Shown: positions 19,990-30,607 of the stretch, piece by piece
Numbering within the stretch: the stretch's first letter is position 1
How the letters are laid out: the number at the start of each line of letters is the position of its first letter
Source: an uncultured Gemmatimonadales bacterium
GTDB lineage: Bacteria > Gemmatimonadota > Gemmatimonadetes > Gemmatimonadales > Gemmatimonadaceae
DNA: 64,000 nucleotides
NCBI GenBank assembly: GCA_963707505.1
Contig: CAVPQB010000004.1
Span: 128,001 to 192,000 of the forward strand
Reading direction: 5' to 3'
Translations under genes and position numbers: made by a program
Notes under the pieces: model-generated
What the model saw: only the letters and a program-made list of their open reading frames with translations
Told to the model about the DNA's origin: nothing
Databases searched by the model: none

Positions 19990-21756
19990 TTGCGAATCAC
20001 CACATTTCTGTTTTCGGTTGCCACGCTGATGCCACACGCTCGGATACAAGCTCAAGCCACACACGTTGGCACGGTGCAGCCCGACTCCGATATCGTCGGA
20101 TTGTGGGGCCATGAATCTATCTCGGGTCCGCAGATTCGCGGCGAGATCAGTCTCCGTAATTCTCGCAGGGGTTGGATCGGCAGCGTCGGCGGATTCGAGA
20201 CAACTGCGCATGCCTCGCACGATACACTTTCATTCACATTGCCTGGCGGCCAGGGGGAATTCAGGAGTCCCGTTCCCTCGCCGCATGATCTGACGGTACG
20301 CGGTTTCTGGATCCAGCCAGAGGGGCAGCTCTCAGTCCGATACGCGTCGCTCGTCACGCTTACCCGTATAACGAGCAGCCTGTGGCGTGGCACCGTAGAG
20401 CCGCTCGATGAGAGATGGTCGTTGTATCTGTTGATCCAGAAGCAACCAGATGGATCGCTCGTGGGGTATTTCCGCAATCCTGACACGAACTGGCGGGGCG
20501 GAGCATCCGCGTTTCGCGTCGTGCACGATCGCGACACGATCCGCTTTCTCGACGTCGCCAGTGGTACGCAACGCAACAGTGTCGCATACGACTCTGCGCA
20601 ACACCAGATAGTCATGGACTTCGGCCGCCAGGTAATTCTCACGCCACGCACACGGGCGCAGGCAGTTGGATTCTTCCCTCGAACACCGGAGGCATCGCCC
20701 TACAGCTATCGTGTCCCCGAGCCTCGTCACGATGACGGTTGGCCGACTGCACGCGGTCATGACGTCGGCCTGAGCGAGGTGAAGCTTGCGGCCCTGGTGC
20801 GCGAGATCGAGGAAACCAACCCCACCGCACCGAATGCGCCTGCGATTCACTCACTACTCGTTGCTCGGCACGGAAAACTTGTACTGGAGGAGTACTTCGC
20901 CGGTTACGACGCAACGCGCGTGCACGATCTTCGCTCCGCGTCCAAGACGTTCACATCCGTGATGCTGGGCGTTGCAATGCATCAAAAGAAATTGATCGAT
21001 CCGAACACGCGCGTCTACGCGTCGTTTCCCAATACCGAGGAACTGGTTGCGGCGGATCCCCGTCGCGCGCAGGTTACGCTGGGAAATCTGCTGACTCATA
21101 GCTCCGGTCTCGCATGCGATGACAACGATGACGCATCTCCCGGGAACGAAGATCGCATGCAGTCGCAAACGAAGCAGCCGGATTGGTATCGCTACACGCT
21201 CGAGTTGCCGGTGCTGCATCAGCCCGGCACGTTGTACGCATATTGTTCTGCAGGTCTAAATCTCGCTGCAGGGGTAATTGCGCACGCCACGCAAAGCTGG
21301 CTCCCAGCGTTCTTCGATCACACCATTGCGCAACCCCTGGAGATCGATCACTACTCGATAAATCTCACTCCAACGGGCCAGATGTATGGTGGCGGGGGAG
21401 TGCAGATGCGCCCGCGTGACCTGCTAAAGTTCGGACAGCTGTACCTCAACGGCGGCACCTGGAACGGGCATCGGATCGTCGACAAATCGTGGGTCGAAAC
21501 ATCCACGTCGCACCAGATCGACAATCCGAATGGATCGGATGGCTTCGCATGGCACCGTTTCACGCTCGACGCAAACGGCCACCACTACCAGGAATACGAA
21601 GCGAGTGGCAACGGCGGACAGTTTCTGATCGTGGTGCCCGGGCTGGACCTCACTGTGGTGATAACAGCCGGCAATTACGGCCAGTACGGAATCTGGCGAA
21701 CGTTCCGGGAACAGCTGGTCCCGCGCTACGTCCTCGCAGCTGCCGACGGTGCCTGA
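19990..21756 (+). CDS. Secreted serine hydrolase, beta-lactamase class C-like
   Basis: SxxK (SASK), LLTHSSG, YCS, GNGGQ; signal peptide. Confidence 0.9.
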   Translation: MRITTFLFSVATLMPHARIQAQATHVGTVQPDSDIVGLWGHESISGPQIRGEISLRNSRRGWIGSVGGFETTAHASHDTLSFTLPGGQGEFRSPVPSPHDLTVRGFWIQPEGQLSVRYASLVTLTRITSSLWRGTVEPLDERWSLYLLIQKQPDGSLVGYFRNPDTNWRGGASAFRVVHDRDTIRFLDVASGTQRNSVAYDSAQHQIVMDFGRQVILTPRTRAQAVGFFPRTPEASPYSYRVPEPRHDDGWPTARGHDVGLSEVKLAALVREIEETNPTAPNAPAIHSLLVARHGKLVLEEYFAGYDATRVHDLRSASKTFTSVMLGVAMHQKKLIDPNTRVYASFPNTEELVAADPRRAQVTLGNLLTHSSGLACDDNDDASPGNEDRMQSQTKQPDWYRYTLELPVLHQPGTLYAYCSAGLNLAAGVIAHATQSWLPAFFDHTIAQPLEIDHYSINLTPTGQMYGGGGVQMRPRDLLKFGQLYLNGGTWNGHRIVDKSWVETSTSHQIDNPNGSDGFAWHRFTLDANGHHYQEYEASGNGGQFLIVVPGLDLTVVITAGNYGQYGIWRTFREQLVPRYVLAAADGA

Positions 21757-21847
21757 ATGCAAAGTCGGTGAGAGGTAGCATGTCCGGCTACCTCTCTCCC
21801 CGACTTTGCTCATGTGATCAAGGCGACGTGTGCTGGCGTCGAACCGG

Positions 21848-22342
21848 TCACACAACAGCATCCGCGTAAGCCTGCAGCAGCGCACCCCAACCGCCTTCCG
21901 ACGAGATCGCCTGGCGTACTTTCTCCGCAGCATCTCCGAAAGCGTCGAGCTTGCCATGCTCCAGTCTCACCAACGTCGTATCAGTCCCCTGAGCCTTGAA
22001 CAGCACTTCCACTTCGCTGATCAGCGCAGGATTGAACTTCCACTCGGCGTCGATCTGCCACGCGAGCACGAGTCGGTTCGGCGGCTCCCACGCTATCACG
22101 TGGCCCCAGCCGCATTCCGTTCCGTCCGTTCCGCGCTCATACCAGCGGCCACCCACGCGTGGCTCCAGCACGACTTCGGCGATCGGCGCTTCACTTGCGC
22201 GGATCGTATGCGTGATCGGCCACCACCGGGTCATGTTGGCGGTGAATACCTCGAACGCGCGCGCTGGTGTGGCTTTCACGGTGATCGTCTTCACAACTGG
22301 TGCAACTGCTGGCGCTGTCGCTGTGGTGCGTGGGGCTGTCAT
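21848..22342 (-). CDS. SRPBCC (AHA1-like) domain protein
   Basis: FEVFT..MTRWW, EPRVGGRW, WEPPNRL, TLVRLEH, GW. Confidence 0.88.
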   Translation of the reverse strand: MTAPRTTATAPAVAPVVKTITVKATPARAFEVFTANMTRWWPITHTIRASEAPIAEVVLEPRVGGRWYERGTDGTECGWGHVIAWEPPNRLVLAWQIDAEWKFNPALISEVEVLFKAQGTDTTLVRLEHGKLDAFGDAAEKVRQAISSEGGWGALLQAYADAVV

Positions 22343-22668
22343 CGTGGTTTCTTCCTTTTCGTCGGTTGGGGTTTGCCTTCGACTTCAGCCTTGAACGCGT
22401 CGAGCGCCTGGTCCCAGAAGCGGTCCAGCCACGCGCGCAATTCTGCGATGCCACGCGGATCGACGGCATAGAGCCGGCGCGCCCCAACGGCCTGGTCCCG
22501 CACCAGCCCGGCATCCTTGAGCACCCTGAGGTGCTGTGAGACGGCCGGTCTGCTGACGGGAAGACCTGCGGCGATCACGCCAACCGGCACCGGTCCTCGG
22601 CGCAAGCGCTCGAACACCGCGCGGCGAGTTGGATCGGCGAGGGCGGTCAGGGCTGAAGCGTAAGCCAT
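22339..22668 (-). CDS. ArsR/SmtB family transcriptional regulator
   Basis: ALADPTRR, SRPAVSQHLRVLKDAGLV; ATGA-coupled to the SRPBCC gene. Confidence 0.92.
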   Translation of the reverse strand: MAYASALTALADPTRRAVFERLRRGPVPVGVIAAGLPVSRPAVSQHLRVLKDAGLVRDQAVGARRLYAVDPRGIAELRAWLDRFWDQALDAFKAEVEGKPQPTKRKKPR

Positions 22669-22692
22669 GACTTACGGTAAGCGAAGGCTTAC
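22660..22692. promoter_or_regulatory. Two tandem GTAAG-N6-CTTAC palindromes, likely ArsR operator
   Basis: GTAAGccatgaCTTAC (22660-22675) and GTAAGcgaaggCTTAC (22677-22692); the first overlaps the arsR start codon. Confidence 0.65.
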
Positions 22693-22780
22693 GGAATGTC
22701 AAGCGCCGACTACCCCCCGCCGCTCCCCCCTCTCGAATTTCGCGATTCCGGCAGAGCTTTTGCCATGTACCGACGATGCC

Positions 22781-23998
22781 ATGAAGAAATGGGGCGAAAT
22801 AGCGCTCGGAATCATCACCGGAATCGGCGGCTTTCTCGAGGTCGGATCCATCGGCACATCGGCGCAGGCCGGGAGCGAGTTTCGGTACCAGCTCACGTGG
22901 GCTCTGGTACTTGGCGTCGTCAGCCTCGCCTTTCTGATGGAGATGACCGGACGGCTCGCCGCTGTGAGCAAGCGCACGTACGTCGATCTGCTGCGCGAGC
23001 ACTTCGGAATGCGATTCTTTCTCGTCGCGTTCATCGCGGTGTTCGTGGTCAGCTTGATGGTGCTCATGGCGGAGATCGATGGTGTGAGTACCGCGCTGCA
23101 AATGGCCACTGGAATCGCTTTTGCATGGTGGGCGATACCCGTTGCAGTCGTCGGCTGGATGGTGCTGTGGCGCGGAACGTTCGGAATCGTGGAGCAGGGA
23201 ACGGCGATCCTTGGATTACTCGCAGTCTCGTTCGCTGTCGGTGCGGTGAAGGCGCACCCGGACTGGGGCGCGCTCGGTGGCGCGCTCATTCCATCTCGTC
23301 CAACGGAGAACCCCGCGCGCTACTGGTACCTGGCCGTCAGCATACTCGGTGCTTCGATCAGCCCGTATCTCTATCTCTTCTACTCAGCCGGCGCAGTCGA
23401 AGACGGTTGGACTCGGGAATATCTGGGCGTGAACCGGGTCACGGCAGGCCTCGGCAATCTGTTCGGTGGCACGCTTGCGCTCGCTGTGATTGTAACGGCA
23501 GCACTCGTGTTCGCGCCGGCGCACATCCAGGTCGAAAAATTCGAGCAGCTGGGCTCCCTGTTCGTCTCGCCGCTCGGTCGTGCGGGCTTCTGGCTATTCG
23601 TCGCAACGTTGTGCATCACCTGCTTCGGTGCAACGCTGGAGATTGCGCTATCGCTTGCATATCTCATGGCGCAGGGATTGGGATGGGAATGGAGCGAGAA
23701 TCTGCGGCCCGGTCGCGACTCGCGCTTCAGCACCGTTTACACGATTGCTATACTCATCGCGGCAATACCGGCGGCGCTCGGAATCAGTGCTCTCTCGCTC
23801 ACCAACATGTCGATGGTGCTCTCCGCGGCGAGTCTTCCGTTCACCGTGATCCCGCTCATCGCGCTGATGAACGACGGCAAGGTGATGGGTCGTCACTGCA
23901 ACGGCTGGATCAGCAACATCGCCCTGATCTGCATCTCGGCGCTCTCGATCGTGTTGTTCTTCGTTTCACTGCCGCTGCAGATAAAGGGAGGCGGATGA
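22781..23998 (+). CDS. NRAMP-related divalent metal transporter
   Basis: About 11 TM segments; AQAGSEFRYQL.W, EMTGRL, GASISPY; lacks the canonical DPGN. Confidence 0.8.
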   Translation: MKKWGEIALGIITGIGGFLEVGSIGTSAQAGSEFRYQLTWALVLGVVSLAFLMEMTGRLAAVSKRTYVDLLREHFGMRFFLVAFIAVFVVSLMVLMAEIDGVSTALQMATGIAFAWWAIPVAVVGWMVLWRGTFGIVEQGTAILGLLAVSFAVGAVKAHPDWGALGGALIPSRPTENPARYWYLAVSILGASISPYLYLFYSAGAVEDGWTREYLGVNRVTAGLGNLFGGTLALAVIVTAALVFAPAHIQVEKFEQLGSLFVSPLGRAGFWLFVATLCITCFGATLEIALSLAYLMAQGLGWEWSENLRPGRDSRFSTVYTIAILIAAIPAALGISALSLTNMSMVLSAASLPFTVIPLIALMNDGKVMGRHCNGWISNIALICISALSIVLFFVSLPLQIKGGG

Positions 23999-23999
23999 C

Positions 24000-24392
24000 A
24001 TGGAGCCGGTCGATGGATTACAGCTCGTTCACGACGTGTTGGACGCATGCCTGTGCGATCGCAATGGTCGCAAGATAGGACGTGTCGACGCGCTGACTCT
24101 GACACTAACGGAGGGCAAGCCGCTGCGCGTATCGACCATACTCATTGGCGGACAGGTGCGCGCCGCGCGCGTCGGGAACTGGATGGTCGGGCTGCGCGGG
24201 GCGATATCCGCGATGTTACATCGTGACCGCGACTTTGGAGTCAGCCGCGTGCCATTCTCTGCGGTGCGTGGGATCGCAGATACGATCGAACTCGATGTCG
24301 ACGGCGCGACGCTTCCGTCGAGTCATCTGGAGCGCTGGCTCGGCGATCACATCATCGCTCACATTCCCGGATCGCAGGGAGAGAAGAAGTAA
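24000..24392 (+). CDS. Small PRC-barrel-like protein
   Basis: DVLD..LCDRNGRKIGRVD; operonic with the transporter. Confidence 0.6.
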   Translation: MEPVDGLQLVHDVLDACLCDRNGRKIGRVDALTLTLTEGKPLRVSTILIGGQVRAARVGNWMVGLRGAISAMLHRDRDFGVSRVPFSAVRGIADTIELDVDGATLPSSHLERWLGDHIIAHIPGSQGEKK

Positions 24393-24724
24393 TGTCTCGC
24401 GAATTGCTCCTCAGTCATCTGATCGGCTGCGTGGTGCGCGACGTGGATGGACACAAGGTGGGAAGGATCGAGGAGCTGCTCGCAAGGATCGAGCTGCACG
24501 AGCATGGCAATGATTATGTAGTCGCCGAGTTTCATGTCGGTGCGTACGGACTCCTGGAAGCACTGACGGGTGGTACGTTCGCGCAGAGTCTTGTTCAGAG
24601 GATGGGGTCCGTCGTTGGTTATCGTCAATTCCGGATTCCATGGGAGTGGATGGATCTTTCCGACCCCGTCCATCCGCGTCTCAACCACACGCGCGCCGAG
24701 CTGGAAGCGCGTGCAGAGTCCTGA
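24392..24724 (+). CDS. Small PRC-barrel-like protein
   Basis: LIGCVVRDVDGHKVGRIEE..IPWE; TAATG overlap. Confidence 0.6.
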   Translation: MSRELLLSHLIGCVVRDVDGHKVGRIEELLARIELHEHGNDYVVAEFHVGAYGLLEALTGGTFAQSLVQRMGSVVGYRQFRIPWEWMDLSDPVHPRLNHTRAELEARAES

Positions 24725-24823
24725 CCGCGATCGCAACCGAGTGCAGAGCCCCTGCCGACGCCGGCTCGTCGCTGTTGTCAGGTCTCGACAACAACTACAC
24801 GAGCATCACTGAGCGACCGTAGT

Positions 24824-27508
24824 CTACTCTTGCGAACTTCTGCGCACACTCGTGACGTAGCGGTCATACACAGCGGCGCTGTCTCGCATCCCCGCCTGCC
24901 GGAACGCCATGGCCATGAGCATGTCCAGCTCGCTGCGCGGCTCATAGCGACCCATCGCGTCTAACGGTCCCTGGTATCCCTGGCGCAGCGTGGCGATCGC
25001 ATCACGCGACTTGTTCTGTGCCATCTGTGCGCGGGCCTGCCACGCGACTGTCTCGGTCCAACCAGCGACGCCCCATCGGGCGGCCTGAAATTCGCCCTCG
25101 GCTTCCGCGTACCGCTTTCCCTGCATGGCGATGAGGCCGAGCACGTGATGATACAGGTGCCTGTCGCGATCCAGATAGCTCAGTGCGCCAGTGATGCGTA
25201 TCGAGTCGGCGATTGCGTGCAGGCGCACGGTATCACCCGACCCGGCGATGGCATTTGCTTCCAGCGCGCGCGTCCAGCTGAAGGCGCGAGCGGCATCGCC
25301 ACGCGGACGTTGCGGCGTGGATCCGATCGGTGGCGCAAGTCGCGGTGCGATGCGCGTATCGAACAATCGCGCTGCGGCCGCGTACTCGCCCAGTCTTCCG
25401 AGCGCGTCCATCTCCTCGAGCAGAAACGCATCGTCATTCGGCTGTGTGACAAGGTGCGCTTCGATGAGTCTGTTGGACTTGCCCCATTCACCACGCTCGC
25501 GTAGCGCCAGCATCCTGACGTCGCTGATACTGTTCCGGATCTCCTTGCTGGTGGACTGAATTTGCGACAGGACCGAATCCGCCGCTGCGATTCTGCGCTC
25601 GGCGATGAGCGCGCGTGCTGTGCGGATCTCGTATGACGGATCGTTGCCGCTAAGCATCACGGCCCGACGGTTGGCGCCGAGACCGGCGTCATAACGACCG
25701 GCGTAATGGAGGACGTCTCCCATGGTGGCCCAGGCCACCGGCAGGTCTGGCTGCAGCTGCACCCAGCGCCGCGCGGTACGCTCGGCGGCGGCGAGATTCC
25801 CACGCAACAGCTCGATCTGGATGAGCGTGCCGTACGCATCGCACAGTACGCATGGTCCGTCTCCAGCTTCGTTGGCAAGCGAGTCGAGTGCGAGCTCCTG
25901 TTGCGCCGTTGATTGCGCCCGCGACCAGTCTCCCTGATTGGTGTAGATCGATGTGAGCACCGCATACGCCCGCGGATCGTGCGGATAGCGCGCTACAAGA
26001 TCCACTGCCAACTCGGTCGCACGACTGTTCTCTCCATTGTGAATTGCTGAGTCGATCGCGTCACCCATGATGTTCCACGGAGTGAGACGTGCACGTGTCA
26101 TTGCGCGGTTCAGGCGGCCAAGCGTCGCGGTGTCGCCATCGGCGGCCGCGATGCGCAACCTTGCGGACAGCGCAGTTGCGAAACCCGAATCGATCGCGAT
26201 CGACGCATCCAGCTCTCGTCTGCTATCCGCGAAGCGTCCTTCGCTCTCCGCGTGAAGTGAGCGGACGAAGTGTTGATATGCAGCGACGTCGTTGGTCTCC
26301 ACATCCGCGAAACGCGGCTTGTTTCCGTTGATCCCCGCGAGATCGAGCAGTCGTCCAGCAGCCCAGCCGGCGACAGTCATGGGATCTCTTCCGGTCACGG
26401 TGAAGTGGCTGTCCGAGCGGCCGCTCGCAACGTCGTGTGTAGTGATATCCAGCACGTACGTCCCATTACCGTGCGTGAATTCCCCACGCACGATCGTCGA
26501 CGCTCCGAGCCGTCGTCCCAGATCCAGCGCCTGTGCCGTGCTCAGTCCTCCGCGAAGAGGGAACCGTGCGCGTGCACGCGTGGTGCGCACGCGCGCGGGG
26601 CCGACCATCTCGACCGCGGAGGTGCTCGACAGGTCGGCGGTGATCATCTGCGGCAGGCCATCCTCGAGCCATTCGGACGCCGTGTCGCCCTGCACGTTTA
26701 CGATGTCCGTAACCGCGATCAGTGGTCGCGTGACGACGACAGGATTGTATCGCAGCAAGGCGTACGCCGCGATCGTTACGATCGTCGCGAGACACGCGAC
26801 CGCTATAAGGACGCGTCTGGTGCGAGGAAAGCGCTGCGGATTGTCGTCTCTTTGCGCTTGCGCGCCGGCAGTGGGAAACCGCAGGCTCCGTTGCTCCCGC
26901 GTTGGTGGTAGCTGCGCGACTGCGCTGACGGCGGCGTCTCGAGCTGTGCCGCGCGTATTGGTGATCGCTCCTATTGGCGCAACCTTTGGGGTATCTTTCG
27001 CGCGAAACACAGCGCGCTCGATGGCCGCGCGCTGCGTTTCGACCCAACTGTCGAAGCGCGCCGATCCGGTGACGGAAACCCCGTCCAGGAAGCGTCCCTC
27101 GTACAGCTCCATGACGCGTACGTGATCGTTGGCCCGCGCGGCGGAAAGAAGCGCTACCGCATCGACTTCGACGGCTTCCGGCGCGAGCGTGACATCCGCG
27201 CGGTGCGTTGCGATGGAGTCCGCGCCAATCACGCTGCGTAGAAACGAAAGCGAGTTGCTCAGCGAATGCCGTCGTGACCGCTCATCCTTGTCGTCGGCCC
27301 AGAACATCGCCATCAGCTCTTCTCGGCTCACGGCGCCGGGAGTGAGGGCGAGCACCGCCAGGAGGGCCAGCTTACGCTTGTGTCCAAGCAGGGGCAACTC
27401 TTCGCCGGAAGGCTGGAAGAGAGCAAGGCGTCCGAGTGTAACCAGCCGCACAGTGGCGCCGTGCGGAAGTGCGGCCTGGGTCGGGGTGCTATTCTGCTCC
27501 ACGTCCAT
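24824..27508 (-). CDS. SARP/BTAD-type regulator with TM helix, TolB-N-like and TPR domains
   Basis: LVTLGRL..KLALLAVL..SREELMAMFW..SLSNSLSFLR, LYEGRFLDG..FDSWV; central TM; helical repeats. Confidence 0.78.
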   Translation of the reverse strand: MDVEQNSTPTQAALPHGATVRLVTLGRLALFQPSGEELPLLGHKRKLALLAVLALTPGAVSREELMAMFWADDKDERSRRHSLSNSLSFLRSVIGADSIATHRADVTLAPEAVEVDAVALLSAARANDHVRVMELYEGRFLDGVSVTGSARFDSWVETQRAAIERAVFRAKDTPKVAPIGAITNTRGTARDAAVSAVAQLPPTREQRSLRFPTAGAQAQRDDNPQRFPRTRRVLIAVACLATIVTIAAYALLRYNPVVVTRPLIAVTDIVNVQGDTASEWLEDGLPQMITADLSSTSAVEMVGPARVRTTRARARFPLRGGLSTAQALDLGRRLGASTIVRGEFTHGNGTYVLDITTHDVASGRSDSHFTVTGRDPMTVAGWAAGRLLDLAGINGNKPRFADVETNDVAAYQHFVRSLHAESEGRFADSRRELDASIAIDSGFATALSARLRIAAADGDTATLGRLNRAMTRARLTPWNIMGDAIDSAIHNGENSRATELAVDLVARYPHDPRAYAVLTSIYTNQGDWSRAQSTAQQELALDSLANEAGDGPCVLCDAYGTLIQIELLRGNLAAAERTARRWVQLQPDLPVAWATMGDVLHYAGRYDAGLGANRRAVMLSGNDPSYEIRTARALIAERRIAAADSVLSQIQSTSKEIRNSISDVRMLALRERGEWGKSNRLIEAHLVTQPNDDAFLLEEMDALGRLGEYAAAARLFDTRIAPRLAPPIGSTPQRPRGDAARAFSWTRALEANAIAGSGDTVRLHAIADSIRITGALSYLDRDRHLYHHVLGLIAMQGKRYAEAEGEFQAARWGVAGWTETVAWQARAQMAQNKSRDAIATLRQGYQGPLDAMGRYEPRSELDMLMAMAFRQAGMRDSAAVYDRYVTSVRRSSQE

Positions 27509-27678
27509 GCGTCAGAGCTTCCTATTGATGTCCCCATGACTTCCGGCTACATCTGACTCAAGGTGCGTGGCCCTAAAGTAGCGCCGTGCACCAGATCACG
27601 CACGCGTGGCTGTCGCGCGGCTTACGGGTCGGGAAACTGTTGTTTACAAGGATCGGCCACACGCGTTGGCCAGGCTCA

Positions 27679-29184
27679 TCACTCCGCTACGTAGTCCATG
27701 GCGACGGTCTGGTCCGCGCCGCCCGCCACGCCCAGCGCGTTGAACACCACGCTTAGCACGATTGTAACGATGACGTTCGCGATGAACGCGTAGAACGCCG
27801 TGTAGCCAGGCACCAGCGATCCGCCGACGTGTAGCGGGAAGATCGCCGTGAAGTGTTGCGACGCGGCCATCATCGTCCCGCTCACCATGCCGACGGCCCA
27901 TCCGATGAGTAGAGCCCAGCGGTGGAACCAGCGTGTATACAGTCCAAACACGATTGCGGGAAAGGTTTGCAATATCCAGACGCCGCCGAGCAGCTGAAAG
28001 TTGATCGCCTCCTGTCTCGCGTTCTCCAGCAGCAGAATGAACGCAAGCGCGCCGAATTTGACGACCAGCGACGCGAGCTTTGCCATGCGCGCTTCCTGGC
28101 GCGGCGTTGCGTCAGGCCGGAAGTACTCGCGATAGATGTTGCGCGTGAACAGGTTCGCTGTGGCGATGGACATGATCGCTGCCGGAACGAGTGCGCCGAT
28201 CGCGATTGCCGAAAATGCAACACCGACGAACCACGGCGGGAACATCATGTTGAACAGCGCCGGCACTGCGTACTGTGCGCCGTAGATTGCATCGGGCTTG
28301 ATGCCCGCTGCGAGCGCCATGAAGCCGAGCAGGGCGATGAGTCCGAGAAGGAAACTGTAGATGGGAAGAAACGCAGCGTTGCGCTTGATCACCTTGCGGC
28401 TGTCGCTGCTGAGCACTCCTGTGATTGAATGCGGATACAGAAACAGCGCGAGCGCGGATCCGAAGGCGAGCGTGGCGTACGAGCCGTACTGCGACGGAGA
28501 CAGGATCAGCTTCTGTCTCGGTACCGCTGCGAATATGTGCCCGTATCCGCCAAGCCTGGCGGGAATCATGATCACGGCCGCGATCACCACGATGAAGATG
28601 AGCGCATCCTTGACGAGTGCGATCATCGCCGGCGCGCGCAGCCCGCTCGAGTATGTGTACGCCGCCAGAATCACGAACGCGATGATGAGCGGCAGATCCC
28701 CCATGAATCCGGCTCCGCCGATTCCGACGGCGCCGAGCACGACCTGAATACCAACCAGCTGCAGCGCGATGTACGGCATGGTGGCGAGGATGCCCGACGT
28801 AGCTACTGCGAGCGCGAGCGTACTGCTGTCATACCGGCCACGAACGAAATCCGCCGGTGTCACGTAGCCGTGCGTGCGACACACCGACCACAGTCGGGGC
28901 ATCACGAGAAAGACGAGCGGATATACGATGACGGTGTACGGTACCGCGAAGAACCCGATCGCACCAGCGCTGAATACGAGCGCAGGAACCGCGATGAATG
29001 TGTACGCCGTGTACAGATCGCCGCCGAGCAGGAACCATGTTACGACGGTTCCAAACCGTCCGCCTGCGAGCCCCCACTCGTGCAGGAGATCCATGTCTCC
29101 GCTGCGCCAGCGTGCGGAGAAGAAGCCAAGTCCCGTAACCAGCACGAACAGCGCAATCATCACCGCCAGTGCAGGTACGTTCAC
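27679..29184 (-). CDS. Sodium:solute symporter (MctP/YhjB-like)
   Basis: EWGLAG..FG..WFLLGGDLYTAYTF, YIALQLVG; about 13 TM segments. Confidence 0.92.
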   Translation of the reverse strand: MNVPALAVMIALFVLVTGLGFFSARWRSGDMDLLHEWGLAGGRFGTVVTWFLLGGDLYTAYTFIAVPALVFSAGAIGFFAVPYTVIVYPLVFLVMPRLWSVCRTHGYVTPADFVRGRYDSSTLALAVATSGILATMPYIALQLVGIQVVLGAVGIGGAGFMGDLPLIIAFVILAAYTYSSGLRAPAMIALVKDALIFIVVIAAVIMIPARLGGYGHIFAAVPRQKLILSPSQYGSYATLAFGSALALFLYPHSITGVLSSDSRKVIKRNAAFLPIYSFLLGLIALLGFMALAAGIKPDAIYGAQYAVPALFNMMFPPWFVGVAFSAIAIGALVPAAIMSIATANLFTRNIYREYFRPDATPRQEARMAKLASLVVKFGALAFILLLENARQEAINFQLLGGVWILQTFPAIVFGLYTRWFHRWALLIGWAVGMVSGTMMAASQHFTAIFPLHVGGSLVPGYTAFYAFIANVIVTIVLSVVFNALGVAGGADQTVAMDYVAE

Positions 29185-29236
29185 GCGTACGCTCGTTGAT
29201 CACACGACGTTGGCTGAAACCCGGTCGGCAAATTCT

Positions 29237-29491
29237 TCATCGCCCACCGCCGTTGTTGCGTGACATATCGGTGCGATCTTCAGCCAGATAGACGACGATG
29301 GTGATTGCTGCGCCGATTCCTATCCAGAGAAACTGATACCAGTAGAAGAACGGGATTCCCCATAACTCTGGCTTGACGGACGCGTACGTCGAGACCCAGA
29401 GAGTGCCGACGTAGGGGATGATGAGCAGCAGCGGCATCGCGCGTCGCCAACCGCGCGCCCGGCTCTTGCCTGGGCGTTCTCTGTCATTCAT
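29237..29491 (-). CDS. DUF3311 small membrane protein (SSS partner)
   Basis: PELWGIPFFYWYQFLW; directly upstream of the SSS gene. Confidence 0.85.
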   Translation of the reverse strand: MNDRERPGKSRARGWRRAMPLLLIIPYVGTLWVSTYASVKPELWGIPFFYWYQFLWIGIGAAITIVVYLAEDRTDMSRNNGGGR

Positions 29492-29565
29492 GTCGGCCTC
29501 CGTTTCGGTGGGAACAGCGGTAAACATAGGCCGTCGCGGCGGAGCGGCAAGCGCGCCGGCTGCGT

Positions 29566-30558
29566 TTAACGCCGCGCGATCACGTCCGCGAGAATCTCGT
29601 ACGAGTGCACTCTTGCTGCGTGATCGTAAATCATCGACGCGACGATGATCTCCTCGACACCGGTCATCTCGGTGAACTCCGCCAGTCCACGTGCGACCGT
29701 GTTGCGCGATCCCACAAAGGACATCGCCAGCCGGGCCGACGCCTGCGCCCTCTCCATCGGACTCCAGTAGCTCTCGATGTCGTCTATCGGAGGCGGCAAC
29801 CGACCGGGCGTACCACGCAACAGATTGGTGAACTGCTGCTGCGCCGACGTGAAGATTCTGCGCGCTTCAGCGTCGGTATCCGCGGCGAAGACGTTGATAC
29901 CTGCCATCGCATATGGCCGCTCGAGTTGATCCGACGGTTTGAATGCTGTGCGATACACGTCGAGCGCGTCCATCAAGGCGTCGGGCATGAAATGCGACGC
30001 GAACGCATATGGAAGGCCGAGCTCCGCGGCGAGCTGCGCACCGAACAGACTCGATCCCAGAATCCAGAGCGGTACGTCGAGGCCAGCGCCCGGCACGGCC
30101 TGGATGCGTTGTCCCTGCTGCACGGGCGAGAGGAATGCCCGCAGTTCCAGCACATCCTGCGGAAAGCTGTCGGCGCTCGCCGGATCGCGTCGCAGCGCGC
30201 GCATCGTCCGCTGGTCCGCGCCGGGCGCGCGGCCAAGTCCGAGGTCGATCCGCCCTGGATAGAGCGATTCCAGCGTGCCGAAGGCCTCTGCGACCATGAG
30301 TGGCGCGTGGTTCGGAAGCATGATACCGCCAGCGCCGACGCGAATCGTGCGCGTCCCACCGGCGACGTATCCAATCACGACCGCAGTTGCCGCGCTCGCG
30401 ATACCTGTCATGTTATGGTGCTCGGCGAGCCAGAACCGGTGATAACCCAGTCGCTCTGCGTGCTGCGCCAGATCGAGCGTGTTTCTCAGCGCATCGACCG
30501 GAGTCGAGCCCGCGGGTACGGGGGCGAGATCGAGGACGGAAAAGAGGGTCGGCCTCAT
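29566..30558 (-). CDS. LLM class (luciferase-like) flavin-dependent oxidoreductase
   Basis: [44 protein letters not shown]. Confidence 0.93.
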   Translation of the reverse strand: MRPTLFSVLDLAPVPAGSTPVDALRNTLDLAQHAERLGYHRFWLAEHHNMTGIASAATAVVIGYVAGGTRTIRVGAGGIMLPNHAPLMVAEAFGTLESLYPGRIDLGLGRAPGADQRTMRALRRDPASADSFPQDVLELRAFLSPVQQGQRIQAVPGAGLDVPLWILGSSLFGAQLAAELGLPYAFASHFMPDALMDALDVYRTAFKPSDQLERPYAMAGINVFAADTDAEARRIFTSAQQQFTNLLRGTPGRLPPPIDDIESYWSPMERAQASARLAMSFVGSRNTVARGLAEFTEMTGVEEIIVASMIYDHAARVHSYEILADVIARR

Positions 30559-30607
30559 CTGTTACAGCCTAGCGGGAAGGCGCCGGTAACGCGAGGTCTC
30601 CTCAAGC

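Noticed and set aside
19990..21756. Antibiotic-resistance call for the serine hydrolase (and the NorB-like MFS)
   Set aside because: Family-level motifs only; substrate cannot be inferred
22696..24078. Long alternate-frame ORFs (also 6892-8367, 17604-18788, 42912-44129, 52221-53582)
   Set aside because: Arg/Gly-rich shadow frames over well-supported genes, expected at high GC
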